Shown here: one piece after another, positions 19,834 to 28,694 of the stretch
Position numbering within the stretch: position 1 is the first letter of the stretch
How the letters are laid out: each line of letters opens with the position of its first letter
Assembly (NCBI GenBank): GCA_945872365.1
Contig: CAMBZJ010000015.1
Coordinates: 6,228-70,227, forward strand
Reading direction: 5' to 3'
Source of the DNA: Klebsiella pneumoniae
GTDB taxonomy: Bacteria; Desulfobacterota; Binatia; UBA12015
DNA: 64,000 nucleotides
Program-made: the position numbers and the translations under genes
The notes under the pieces: model-generated
The model's database searches: none
What the model was told of the DNA's origin: nothing
Seen by the model: only the letters and a program-made list of their open reading frames with translations

Positions 19834-20931
19834 ATGGAGGTCGGACCGGGCTCGACCGGATTGCTGCGTCCCTTCGCGGCACTGTGGCAGCGCCTTCATT
19901 CCCTAGGCGGCAACTCCTTCCTTGCCCTCGACATCGGTTCGAACGCCATCAAGGCCGTCGAGGTCCGCGGGTCGGGCTCCGACATCGAGGTCCTGAGCGT
20001 GGGCACGATCCCCATGCCCGAGGGCGGCCTGGTCAACAACACCCTGGCGGACCCCACCGGGGTCGCCCGTGCGATCATCGACCTGCGCAAGCGCAGCAAG
20101 ATGACGACCCGCTCGACGATTACCGCGGTGCCCGGCCCGGCGGTCATCGTGAAGAAGGTCAGCTTTCGGCCGGGACCCGACGACGACATCGACGCCCTGG
20201 TCACGATCGAGGCGGCGAATTTCATCCCGGAGAACATGGAGAACGTCAACCTGGACTTCCAGGTGGTCCGGGCCGAGGGAGCCGAGATCGAGGCGCTGCT
20301 CGTCGCCGTCCGTAAGGACATCCTCGCGGGCTTCACGAGCGCGATCGCCGATGCCGATCTCGAACTCAAGATCGTCGACGTGGACAGCTTCGCGCTCGAG
20401 AACGTCTACGAGATGAACTACCAGCCGGGTGCCGAGGACGTCGTCGGCCTGGTCGACATCGGCGCCCGCTACTCGACCGTCAACATCGTCAAGGGCGGTC
20501 TCTCCGCAACCACGGGTGACGTGCCGGCCGGCGGAAACATGGTGACCGACGCGCTGGTGCGCCTCGGTGGTCTGACCGCGGTCGAGGCCCGCCGGATGCT
20601 CTCCGGCGCCGAGAGCGAGGACCGGGTCCGTGCGATCGCCGACGACGCATCGAAGCAACTCGCCGATGCGATCGGCGACTTCGTGAGTTTCCTGTCGCGC
20701 ACCGGCGGCAGCGACGCCCCGATGCGCGCCGTCTACGTGGGCGGGGGCGGAGCCCTGATCCCCGGGGTCGTCGAGCGGCTCGGCGAGAACGTCGAGGTGC
20801 CGGTCGAAATCCTCGATCCCTTCCGGCGAGTCCGGCTCCACTCGAATGTCGATGCCACCGCCCTCGCCGCCGTAGCACCGCTCTTCGCGGTGGCGATGGG
20901 GCTGGCCACCCGCCGGCCGGGGGACGCGTGA
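19834..20931 (+). CDS. pilM: Type IV pilus assembly protein PilM (actin-like ATPase fold)
   Basis: ATG 19834 follows GGAGGGG. LALDIGSNAIKAVEV..., then pilN/O/P/Q downstream. 365 aa. Confidence 0.88.
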   Translation: MEVGPGSTGLLRPFAALWQRLHSLGGNSFLALDIGSNAIKAVEVRGSGSDIEVLSVGTIPMPEGGLVNNTLADPTGVARAIIDLRKRSKMTTRSTITAVPGPAVIVKKVSFRPGPDDDIDALVTIEAANFIPENMENVNLDFQVVRAEGAEIEALLVAVRKDILAGFTSAIADADLELKIVDVDSFALENVYEMNYQPGAEDVVGLVDIGARYSTVNIVKGGLSATTGDVPAGGNMVTDALVRLGGLTAVEARRMLSGAESEDRVRAIADDASKQLADAIGDFVSFLSRTGGSDAPMRAVYVGGGGALIPGVVERLGENVEVPVEILDPFRRVRLHSNVDATALAAVAPLFAVAMGLATRRPGDA

Positions 20932-21719
20932 TCCACATCAACCTGATGCCGCGCGAGATGGCGCGCCGTCAGGCGGCCTGGTTGCGCTATCGCAACTACA
21001 TCGCGATCGCCCTGCTCGCCTTCGCAACCCTCCTGCTCGCCGCCGAGTCCTACACCCGTCGCATGGCCAACCAGATGGACGACGAGGTGGAGAACTACCA
21101 GTCGCAGCTGTCCGAACTCACCCGGCGCCACCAGGAGGCGAAACAACTCGAGAAGCGCCGCGCGAACCTCCAGGTGAAGCTCGCGACGATCGGCACCCTC
21201 GAGCGTCAGCGCCGCGGTCCGGCGCAAGCGCTGCTGGACCTGAGCGCCGCGACCCCCGAGCGCCTCTGGCTGATCGAGATAAAGGAGACCGGCGGCAGCG
21301 CCTCACTCGTCGGCAAGGGACTCGACAACCAGACCATCGCGGAGTTCATGCGGCGGCTCGCGGCCTCGGAGTACTTCTCCAATGTCGATCTCGTCGAGGC
21401 CAAGCAGGTCGAGGAGGGACAGGCGAAGCTCAAGCAGTTCACGATCAGCGCTCGCGTGAACTATGCCGGACAGTCGGCCCAGGCCGATGCTTCCGGCGGA
21501 AAACGGGCACCCGGCAGGGCTGCACCACAAGGCGTGCCGGGTGCCCCCGCGCTGCCGCAGCGGGTGGCACCGGTCGACCCGGCGGCGGTACCGTCCGCCG
21601 CCGCTGCCGCGATCACGGTGCCTCTATCGACCGCGCGCACGGCCGCCGGCGTGACCGAGGGTCGCGATGCGGCGACCGCCCGCGCGATCGCCGCGCCGCC
21701 TCCGGGAGGCGCCCCGTGA
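20928..21719 (+). CDS. pilN: Type IV pilus assembly protein PilN, with Ala/Pro-rich C-terminal extension
   Basis: GTG 20928 overlaps the pilM stop (GTGA). MIHINLMPRE start, one TM, a coiled coil and a PilN core. The last ~85 aa are low-complexity. Confidence 0.85.
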   Translation: MIHINLMPREMARRQAAWLRYRNYIAIALLAFATLLLAAESYTRRMANQMDDEVENYQSQLSELTRRHQEAKQLEKRRANLQVKLATIGTLERQRRGPAQALLDLSAATPERLWLIEIKETGGSASLVGKGLDNQTIAEFMRRLAASEYFSNVDLVEAKQVEEGQAKLKQFTISARVNYAGQSAQADASGGKRAPGRAAPQGVPGAPALPQRVAPVDPAAVPSAAAAAITVPLSTARTAAGVTEGRDAATARAIAAPPPGGAP

Positions 21720-22372
21720 ATCGCATCTGGGAGTTCTTCGACGAACTCGACCAGCGACAGCGCCTGGCGCTGGCGATCGGGATCCCGCTGCTCCTCGCGA
21801 TCGCCTACTGGTTTCTCGTCCTGAACCCCCGCATCCTGCGCGCGTCGGGACAAAGCTATCTGGTCGACGAATTGCTCGAGGAACGCAAACGCAAGATTTC
21901 CGAGACCGCGCGCCTCGGGGAGCGCAAGCGCCAGGTCGAGGACCTCGACACCCAGTTGCGGCTCGCCGTCACCCGACTCCCCGACCAGAAGGAGATCCCC
22001 GACCTCCTCAGCTCGATCTCCAACCTCGCCCGGGACTCCGGGCTCGACATTCTCGCCTTCCGTCAGAAGCCGGAGACCTACCAGGACTTCTATGCCGAGG
22101 TTCCGGTCGATATGGTCGTCCGCGGCAGTTTCCACCAGATCACCGGATTCATCTATGACGTCGGACGCCTCGACCGCATCGTGAACGTCTCCGACATCTC
22201 GATCCGCGAGCCCAAGGTGGTGGACGACGCGATCGTCCTGCAGGCCGCGCTCCAGATAACGACCTTCCGGTTCCTCTCCGACGACGAGCGCCAGCGCCTC
22301 ATCAAGGAGAAGAAGATCAAGGGGGATCCGAAGCCCGAAGCCCCGCCCGATGCCAAGGGGGAGGCCAAGTGA
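21716..22372 (+). CDS. pilO: Type IV pilus assembly protein PilO
   Basis: GTG 21716 overlaps the pilN stop (GTGA). One TM, a coiled coil, and PDQKEIPDLLSSISNLARDSGLDILAF typical of PilO. Confidence 0.85.
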   Translation: MNRIWEFFDELDQRQRLALAIGIPLLLAIAYWFLVLNPRILRASGQSYLVDELLEERKRKISETARLGERKRQVEDLDTQLRLAVTRLPDQKEIPDLLSSISNLARDSGLDILAFRQKPETYQDFYAEVPVDMVVRGSFHQITGFIYDVGRLDRIVNVSDISIREPKVVDDAIVLQAALQITTFRFLSDDERQRLIKEKKIKGDPKPEAPPDAKGEAK

Positions 22373-22854
22373 GGGCGCGGGTCTTCGGTGTCTCCGCTCT
22401 CGTCGGGGCGATCGCCCTCGGCGGCCTGCCTGCCTTCGCGCAGGAACCGCCGGCCGCCAAGCCGACGCCGCTCATCCCCCATCCGGGCGAGCGCATCCCC
22501 GCCTACGACGCGGCCGGTCGGCGCGATCCCTTCCGCCCGTTCGCGCTCGCCCAGGAGCAGGCCAAGGCGGTCGCCGGCTCCCCGCTCCAGCAATACCAGG
22601 TCGGGCAGTTGAAACTGGTCGGCGTGATGGACGACGGCCAGCCATCGGCCATCGTCGAGGACGACCAGGGAAACGGCTACGTTCTCCGCCAGGGAACCCC
22701 GGTCGGTCCGAACGGCGGGATGGTGGTTTCGATCCGCGGCAGACAGGTCACCGTGGTGGAGTGGGAGACCGATATCGTGGGTGAGAGACATCGAAAGGAA
22801 TACGTCCTCCAGATGCCGTCCGACGAGCCTTCGAAGCCGAGGCCGCGCGGATGA
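22369..22854 (+). CDS. pilP: Type IV pilus assembly lipoprotein/periplasmic protein PilP
   Basis: GTG 22369 overlaps the pilO stop (GTGA). Signal peptide, RDPFRP motif and LKLVGVM...AIVEDDQGNGYVLRQG core. Confidence 0.82.
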   Translation: MRARVFGVSALVGAIALGGLPAFAQEPPAAKPTPLIPHPGERIPAYDAAGRRDPFRPFALAQEQAKAVAGSPLQQYQVGQLKLVGVMDDGQPSAIVEDDQGNGYVLRQGTPVGPNGGMVVSIRGRQVTVVEWETDIVGERHRKEYVLQMPSDEPSKPRPRG

Positions 22855-25076
22855 GACACTCCACGACCATCGCCGTCGCGTCGGCGCTGTTTCTGTTCGC
22901 GGCCTGTGCCGCGCGGCAGCCCGCTCCCGGCAACCCCGCGGAGCCGGTGCCGGAAGTCGAGCCCGAGCCAACCCTGCGGCTGGTCGAGGTCCGGGGACTC
23001 TCGGACACTCTCGGGACGCGGCTCGTCGCCCAATTCTCGCGCCCCCCGGAGAAGATCCGCACCTTCCAGCTCGAGAAGCCGAGTCGTTGCGTGGTCGACG
23101 TCGACGGGCCGGCTGTCCTATCCGCCAAGGAGGTCATCGCCACGCGCGACGCGCAGGTCCCGCGCCTCTCGGTCGCGGGCTATGCGGACCACGTGCGACT
23201 GGTGCTCGAACTCGGCGCCGCGGGAACCTGCCAGGCCCGGCCCGAGGGGAGTGCCGTGGTATTCGCCGTCGGGCCGAAGCCGTCCGGAGGCATCCAGGAC
23301 GTTCTCTGGACCGCGGCCACGCCGCCGGCCGGTGCGAGCGCGCATGCGGCGGCCGTGCTCGCTTCGGAAACCGGCCCTGCCGTCGCCACCGCCCCGGCTC
23401 CGCCGCCCCTGGCCTACGTGCCGCCGCCCCCGCCGCGGGTTCCACCGCGGCCCGAGCCGATCGAGCCTGAGCGGGGGGTACGGCGGGAGCGGATCGAGCA
23501 ACCGCGCCCCGCGACGGCTGCCGCGGGCTCGCGCACGCCGTCGCACCGCTATGCCGGCCGGCGCGTCTCCCTCGAGTTCAAGGACGCCGACATCCTGAAC
23601 GTGCTCCGCGTGATCGCCGACGTCTCGCAGAAGAACATCGTCGCGACCGACGACGTCGGGGGCCGCGTCACGATCATCCTCCACGAGGTGCCGTGGGACC
23701 AGGCGCTCGACATCCTGCTGCGCTCCACCGGCCTCGAGAAGGTCGAGTACGAGGACGTGATCACCGTATCGACCTCGAAGCGGATCGAGGAGGAGCGCCG
23801 TTCGCGCCTCGCCGCACAGATCGCGGGAAGGGAACTCGAGCCGCTGCGCACCGAGTACATCCGGGTCAACTACGTGAAGGCGACCGACCTCGCGCCGATC
23901 CTGAAGGGTACGACGACCGGCTCGGCCGCCGGCTCGATCGCCGCCCAGCAGATCCAGGGCGACACCACGATTCAGGCGGAGGCGGCCGCCGGACAGATCC
24001 GCGGCCTGCTCTCGAATCGCGGCAGCGTGCAGGTGAACGAGCCGACCAACACCCTGATCGTGCGCGACGTCTCCGAGGGCATCGCCAACGCCCGTGAGCT
24101 CGCGGCGCGCCTCGACGTCCAGACGCCCCAGGTGGCGATCCAGGGGCTCATCTTCGAGGCCGACACGAGCACCGAACTCGACCTCGGCATCCGCTGGGGC
24201 GCCGCCTACAAGGCCGGACCCGGCACCGGGAACCCGACCGGGCGGAACTTCCCGGGCCGCATCGGGATCGGTGGTGCCGGGCCGAACACCAACGTCGACG
24301 CCAACGGCGACCGGGTGCCGATCATGGTCGACTTCCCGGCGGGTGCGGTGAAGCCGGGGTCGGGCAGCACGCTCAACCTGCTGCTCGGATCGCTCTCCGG
24401 CGCCGAGGCGATCGACGCCCAGATCACGGCCCTCGAGCAGGCGGGCAAGGGCAAGGTCATCTCGCGCCCCAAGGTCATCACGCTCAACAACTCCGAGGCG
24501 TCCATCGAGAGCCTCGAGATCATCTACGTGCGACTTCCGCCCTCGGGCACCTCGATCAATACCGGCCAGGGCGGCAACGCCGGGGGCAACGGCGTCGCGA
24601 CGCAGGCGATCGACACCGGCATTATCCTGAAGGTGAAGCCCCAGGTGTCGTCGGACGGTTACGTCCTGATGGACCTGTTCGTGAAGTCGAGCGTGCCGAG
24701 CGAGCAGAAGACCGACGAGATCCCCAACGAGATCAGCCGCCAGGCGACGTCCCGGGTGCTCGTGCGCGAAGGCGAGACGGTGGTGATCGGCGGCGTCTAT
24801 CGCCAGCGTGCCGCCAACGCGATGACCGGCATGCCATGGCTCTCGAAGATCCCGGTCCTCGGCTGGCTCTTCAAGACGACGCGCGACTTCGATAACCGCC
24901 AGGAACTGCTGGTGTTCATCACGCCGCGCGTGGTGTGGCGCCCGGCCACCCCGGGTGGGCTCCCGAGCGCCGAAGATTTGTGGCGCAACCGCGGCGCCTC
25001 CGCCTATCCCGAGGGGGCCGATCCGGAAGCGGCGGCCTACGGGTCGCCGTCGAGTCCGGCAGCGCCGCGCTGGTAG
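22851..25076 (+). CDS. pilQ: Type IV pilus secretin PilQ (AMIN domain + secretin)
   Basis: ATG 22851 overlaps the pilP stop (ATGA). N-terminal AMIN-like region, then a Pro-rich linker. Secretin N domains follow (VSLEFKDADILNVLRVIADVSQKNIV), and the C-terminal secretin domain includes VISRPKVITLNNSEA and IPVLGWLFK. Confidence 0.9.
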   Translation: MRHSTTIAVASALFLFAACAARQPAPGNPAEPVPEVEPEPTLRLVEVRGLSDTLGTRLVAQFSRPPEKIRTFQLEKPSRCVVDVDGPAVLSAKEVIATRDAQVPRLSVAGYADHVRLVLELGAAGTCQARPEGSAVVFAVGPKPSGGIQDVLWTAATPPAGASAHAAAVLASETGPAVATAPAPPPLAYVPPPPPRVPPRPEPIEPERGVRRERIEQPRPATAAAGSRTPSHRYAGRRVSLEFKDADILNVLRVIADVSQKNIVATDDVGGRVTIILHEVPWDQALDILLRSTGLEKVEYEDVITVSTSKRIEEERRSRLAAQIAGRELEPLRTEYIRVNYVKATDLAPILKGTTTGSAAGSIAAQQIQGDTTIQAEAAAGQIRGLLSNRGSVQVNEPTNTLIVRDVSEGIANARELAARLDVQTPQVAIQGLIFEADTSTELDLGIRWGAAYKAGPGTGNPTGRNFPGRIGIGGAGPNTNVDANGDRVPIMVDFPAGAVKPGSGSTLNLLLGSLSGAEAIDAQITALEQAGKGKVISRPKVITLNNSEASIESLEIIYVRLPPSGTSINTGQGGNAGGNGVATQAIDTGIILKVKPQVSSDGYVLMDLFVKSSVPSEQKTDEIPNEISRQATSRVLVREGETVVIGGVYRQRAANAMTGMPWLSKIPVLGWLFKTTRDFDNRQELLVFITPRVVWRPATPGGLPSAEDLWRNRGASAYPEGADPEAAAYGSPSSPAAPRW

Positions 25077-25109
25077 AGCATCCGTTCTTCGTCGGCTAGG
25101 AATCCGAAT

Positions 25110-26273
25110 ATGCTGCGTTTCTTCACTGCCGGTGAGTCCCATGGTCCCGCCCTCACGGCGATCGTCGAGGGTTTCCCCGCCGGCGTTGCGGTGAAGCCGG
25201 AGGACATCGACCGGGATCTCGCCCGCCGCCAGCAGGGCTACGGCCGCGGCGGCCGCATGAAGATCGAGCGCGACCAGGTGCAGTTCCGCTCGGGCATCCG
25301 CTTCGGCGAGAGCCTGGGGTCGCCGATCACGCTGCTCGTCGAGAACCGGGACTGGCGCAACTGGACGGGCAAGATGTCGCCGCTCGCCGAGGATCGCGAC
25401 CCGAAATACACGGTCACGCGACCACGACCGGGACACGCCGACCTGGCCGGCGTGCTCAAGTACGACCGCCGCGACGTCCGCGACATCCTGGAGCGCGCGA
25501 GTGCGCGCGAGACGACGATGCGCGTTGCCGTCGGCTCGCTCGCCAAGTGCCTCCTGCGCCCGCTCGGCATCGAGGTGCGCGCCTGGGTGAGCGAGGTCGG
25601 TGGCATCCGGGCACGCCACGAAGGCCTCTCGCCCGACGAGATCTTCGCCGCCGCGGAGAAGAGCGAGGTACGCCTAGCCGACCCGCAGGCGGAGCGCGAG
25701 ATCATCGCGCTGGTCGACGAGTGCAAAAAGGCGGGCGACACGCTGGGCGGCGTCGTCGAGGTCGTCGCGACCGGATTGCCGCCCGGACTCGGCAGCCACG
25801 TCCACTGGGACCGCAAGCTCGACGGCCGGCTCGGCGGGGCCCTGCTCTCCCTGCAGTCCGCCAAGGGCGTCGAGATCGGACTCGGCTTCGAGGCGGCGCG
25901 CCGCCGCGGTTCGCGCGCCCAGGACGAGATCGGCTGGGATGCGACCGGCCGGGAGTTCCGCCGCGCGACGAACCACGCGGGCGGCACCGAGGGCGGCATG
26001 AGCAACGGCGCTCCGCTCGTCGTGCGGGTCGCCTTCAAGCCGCTCTCGACGCTGATGAAGCCGCTCGCATCGGTCGACCTCGCTACCAAGGAGGAGACCC
26101 GGGGCGTCATCGAGCGTTCGGACGTGATGGCGATCCCGGCCGCCGCGGTCATCGCCGAGGCGGTGGTCGCCTTCGAACTCGCCGGCTTCGCACTCGAGAA
26201 GTTCGGCGGCGACGGTCTGCGCGAGATCCTTCGCAATTCCGATGGCTACCTCGCACAGGTCCGCGAGGCCTGA
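25110..26273 (+). CDS. aroC: Chorismate synthase
   Basis: MLRFFTAGESHGPALTAIVEG..., GRSSARETTMRVA-like block. 387 aa. Confidence 0.93.
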   Translation: MLRFFTAGESHGPALTAIVEGFPAGVAVKPEDIDRDLARRQQGYGRGGRMKIERDQVQFRSGIRFGESLGSPITLLVENRDWRNWTGKMSPLAEDRDPKYTVTRPRPGHADLAGVLKYDRRDVRDILERASARETTMRVAVGSLAKCLLRPLGIEVRAWVSEVGGIRARHEGLSPDEIFAAAEKSEVRLADPQAEREIIALVDECKKAGDTLGGVVEVVATGLPPGLGSHVHWDRKLDGRLGGALLSLQSAKGVEIGLGFEAARRRGSRAQDEIGWDATGREFRRATNHAGGTEGGMSNGAPLVVRVAFKPLSTLMKPLASVDLATKEETRGVIERSDVMAIPAAAVIAEAVVAFELAGFALEKFGGDGLREILRNSDGYLAQVREA

Positions 26274-26278
26274 GCTAG

Positions 26279-26863
26279 ATGCGCATCGTCCTCACCGGCT
26301 TCATGGGAACGGGCAAGACGGCCGTGGGGCAGCGGGTCGCGCAGCGACTCGGGAGGCCCTTCGCCGACACCGATGCGCTCGTCGAAGTCTTGGCGGGCAA
26401 GGCCGTGCGACGGATCTTCGCGGACGAGGGCGAAGACCGGTTCCGGGAACTCGAGCGCGAGGCGGTGGCGCGTGCCTGCGCGCTGCGCGACACCGTGGTT
26501 TCGACGGGTGGCGGCGCGCTGCTCGACGATCGCAACTTCGAGGTGCTCTCGCGCGACGCGCTGCTCGTCTGCCTGGTCGCCGACCCGCGGTCGATCGCGC
26601 GCCGCGTGCGCGCGACGGCGGCGGACCGGCCGTTGCTGCAGGGCGGGGGGACTCTCGTCGAGCGCATCCGCGAACTGCTCGAGCGGCGCTCGCACGCTTA
26701 CGCCCGCGTGCCCCTGCGGGTCGACACGAGCCGTCGCTCGGTCGAGCAGGTGGCCGATCAGGTCATCGCGGCTCTCGAGCACACGCTGCGCGGTGGCGAG
26801 GCCCGCTCGACGGCGGCGCCCGCGACCACTTCGCCGCACGCGCCCGCGGGAGGCGCACGGTGA
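26279..26863 (+). CDS. aroK: Shikimate kinase
   Basis: MRIVLTGFMGTGKTAVG P-loop and VVSTGGGA. It has an Ala/Pro-rich C-terminal tail. Confidence 0.88.
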   Translation: MRIVLTGFMGTGKTAVGQRVAQRLGRPFADTDALVEVLAGKAVRRIFADEGEDRFRELEREAVARACALRDTVVSTGGGALLDDRNFEVLSRDALLVCLVADPRSIARRVRATAADRPLLQGGGTLVERIRELLERRSHAYARVPLRVDTSRRSVEQVADQVIAALEHTLRGGEARSTAAPATTSPHAPAGGAR

Positions 26864-27966
26864 CCGCGCCGGAACCGATCGCGGTCGAACTCGGGCCGCG
26901 CTCCTACGAGGTACACGTCGGGCTCGGGAACCTCGATGCGACCGGGGAACTCGCACGCGCGGTCGCCGGATCCGCCGCCGTGGCGCTTCTGACGAACCCG
27001 ACGGTCGATGCGCTTTACGGCGAGCGGGTCCGCGCTTCCCTCGAAGCCGCGGGCGTGCGCGCGACCACGATCGCCATCCCCGACGGCGAGCGGCACAAGA
27101 ACCTGGAGACGCTGGGCCGGATCTGGGATCGCCTCGCCGAGGCGCGCATCGAGCGCGGTGGTGCGCTGCTGGCGCTCGGCGGCGGCGTGGTGGGCGACGT
27201 CACCGGCTTCGCCGCCGCCACCTGGTTGCGCGGCGTCGCCTTCGCGCAGGTTCCGACGACCCTCGTCGCGCAGATCGACGCGGCGATCGGTGGCAAGACG
27301 GCGATCGACCTCCCGGGCGGCAAGAACCTCGTCGGGGCCTTCCACCAGCCGCGCTTCGTGCTCGCCGACGTCCGGACGCTCCTGTCGCTGCCGGAGCGCG
27401 AGTATCGCGCCGGCCTCGCCGAGGTGGTGAAGACCGGCGCGATCCTCTCGTCGGGGCTCTTCGAACTGCTCGAAAGGGAGTCCGATCGTGTGCTCGCGCG
27501 CGACGAGGAGTTGCTGCTGCGCATCGTCCACGAGTGCGCGGGCCTGAAGGCCCGGGTGGTGTCGGTCGACGAGAACGAGGGAGACCTTCGGGCGATCCTG
27601 AACTTCGGCCATACGCTCGGACATGCCGTCGAGATGCTCCAGGGTTACGAGGGCCTGTTGCACGGCGAGGCAGTCTCGATCGGAATGGCCTTTGCGACGG
27701 GCGTCTCGACGACGCGGTGCGGCCTCGCGCCGGAGCCGGGGGGGCGGCTGCTGGCCCTGCTGGGGCGCTTTGGGCTGCCGACGCGGATCCCGGGAGGTCT
27801 TTCCCCGCGGGCGCTCGCCCGGGCCATGGAAGCCGACAAGAAGCGCACGGCCGGTCGGGTCAAGTTCGTCTGTCTCGAGGAACTCGGGCGGACCCGCTTC
27901 GAGAACCTGGCCACCGACGACCTGGCGCCGATGCTTGCGAGTCACATGGGTGTGAACGACGGTTGA
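26860..27966 (+). CDS. aroB: 3-dehydroquinate synthase
   Basis: GTG 26860 overlaps the aroK stop (GTGA). GGGVVGDVTGFAAATWLRG, IGGKTAIDLPGGKNLVGAFHQP and NFGHTLGHA. Confidence 0.92.
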   Translation: MTAPEPIAVELGPRSYEVHVGLGNLDATGELARAVAGSAAVALLTNPTVDALYGERVRASLEAAGVRATTIAIPDGERHKNLETLGRIWDRLAEARIERGGALLALGGGVVGDVTGFAAATWLRGVAFAQVPTTLVAQIDAAIGGKTAIDLPGGKNLVGAFHQPRFVLADVRTLLSLPEREYRAGLAEVVKTGAILSSGLFELLERESDRVLARDEELLLRIVHECAGLKARVVSVDENEGDLRAILNFGHTLGHAVEMLQGYEGLLHGEAVSIGMAFATGVSTTRCGLAPEPGGRLLALLGRFGLPTRIPGGLSPRALARAMEADKKRTAGRVKFVCLEELGRTRFENLATDDLAPMLASHMGVNDG

Positions 27967-28018
27967 CGGATCCCCGCGGCACGGCGCAGAAGGGGATTTC
28001 GTGAGGAGGGGTGGGGAG

Positions 28019-28666
28019 ATGGAGAAGATGAGGCGATTCGACCGATCGGGGCCGTGGGGCGTGGGACTGCTCCTGGTGGCGGCCATTCTCGCCGGCTGCG
28101 GCGGCGGCAGTTCCAACAACGACCAGGGTATCGTCTTCCGGGCGACCGGGATATTCCGCGGCCAGGAACAGATCACCCAGGGTGCGCTCACCTGCACGGT
28201 GCCGACGGCGAGCGACAACATCGTCGATGCGTCCTACACGCTTTCGCTCGGCCTGGTGATCGACTTCCCCAATCGCCTGCAGCCCATCGCGAATCCCTGC
28301 GGCGGCTTCATCGGACTGCAGAACAATCTCGATACCCAGTCGATCAACGTCCAGGAAATCTCGATCACCTACGAGATTCCCGGGGCGACCATCGGCATTC
28401 CACCCACCTCGGTCACCTTTGGCCAGACCATCCTGCCCGCGCTCTCCCAGCAGGAGACGCCGAGCGGCCAGGCGAACCTGCTCTTCTCGCAACTCGTCGG
28501 GCAGATCGTGCCGCGCAACCTCGTGGTCTACCTGAACGCGAACGCGAGCCGTCTTCCCGCGACGCCCTACCTGATGAACGTCTACCTGGTGGCGCGCGGC
28601 CAAGCCGACGACGGCACGAGCTACCAGTCCAACGAGATCGGCTACCAGTTGACGATGGTGCAGTGA
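28019..28666 (+). CDS. Hypothetical lipoprotein, Q/N/T/S-rich, family not recognised
   Basis: ATG 28019 follows GAGGAGGGGTGGGGAG. Signal peptide with lipobox ILAGC. The mature part is nearly devoid of charged runs and looks beta-rich. It appears less GC-rich than its neighbours by eye. Confidence 0.7.
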   Translation: MEKMRRFDRSGPWGVGLLLVAAILAGCGGGSSNNDQGIVFRATGIFRGQEQITQGALTCTVPTASDNIVDASYTLSLGLVIDFPNRLQPIANPCGGFIGLQNNLDTQSINVQEISITYEIPGATIGIPPTSVTFGQTILPALSQQETPSGQANLLFSQLVGQIVPRNLVVYLNANASRLPATPYLMNVYLVARGQADDGTSYQSNEIGYQLTMVQ

Positions 28667-28694
28667 GAACACCCGTCGGGGCGAGGTGCATGTG

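Noticed and set aside
23118-25619. 833-aa minus-strand ORF
   Set aside because: It is antisense to pilQ and aroC.
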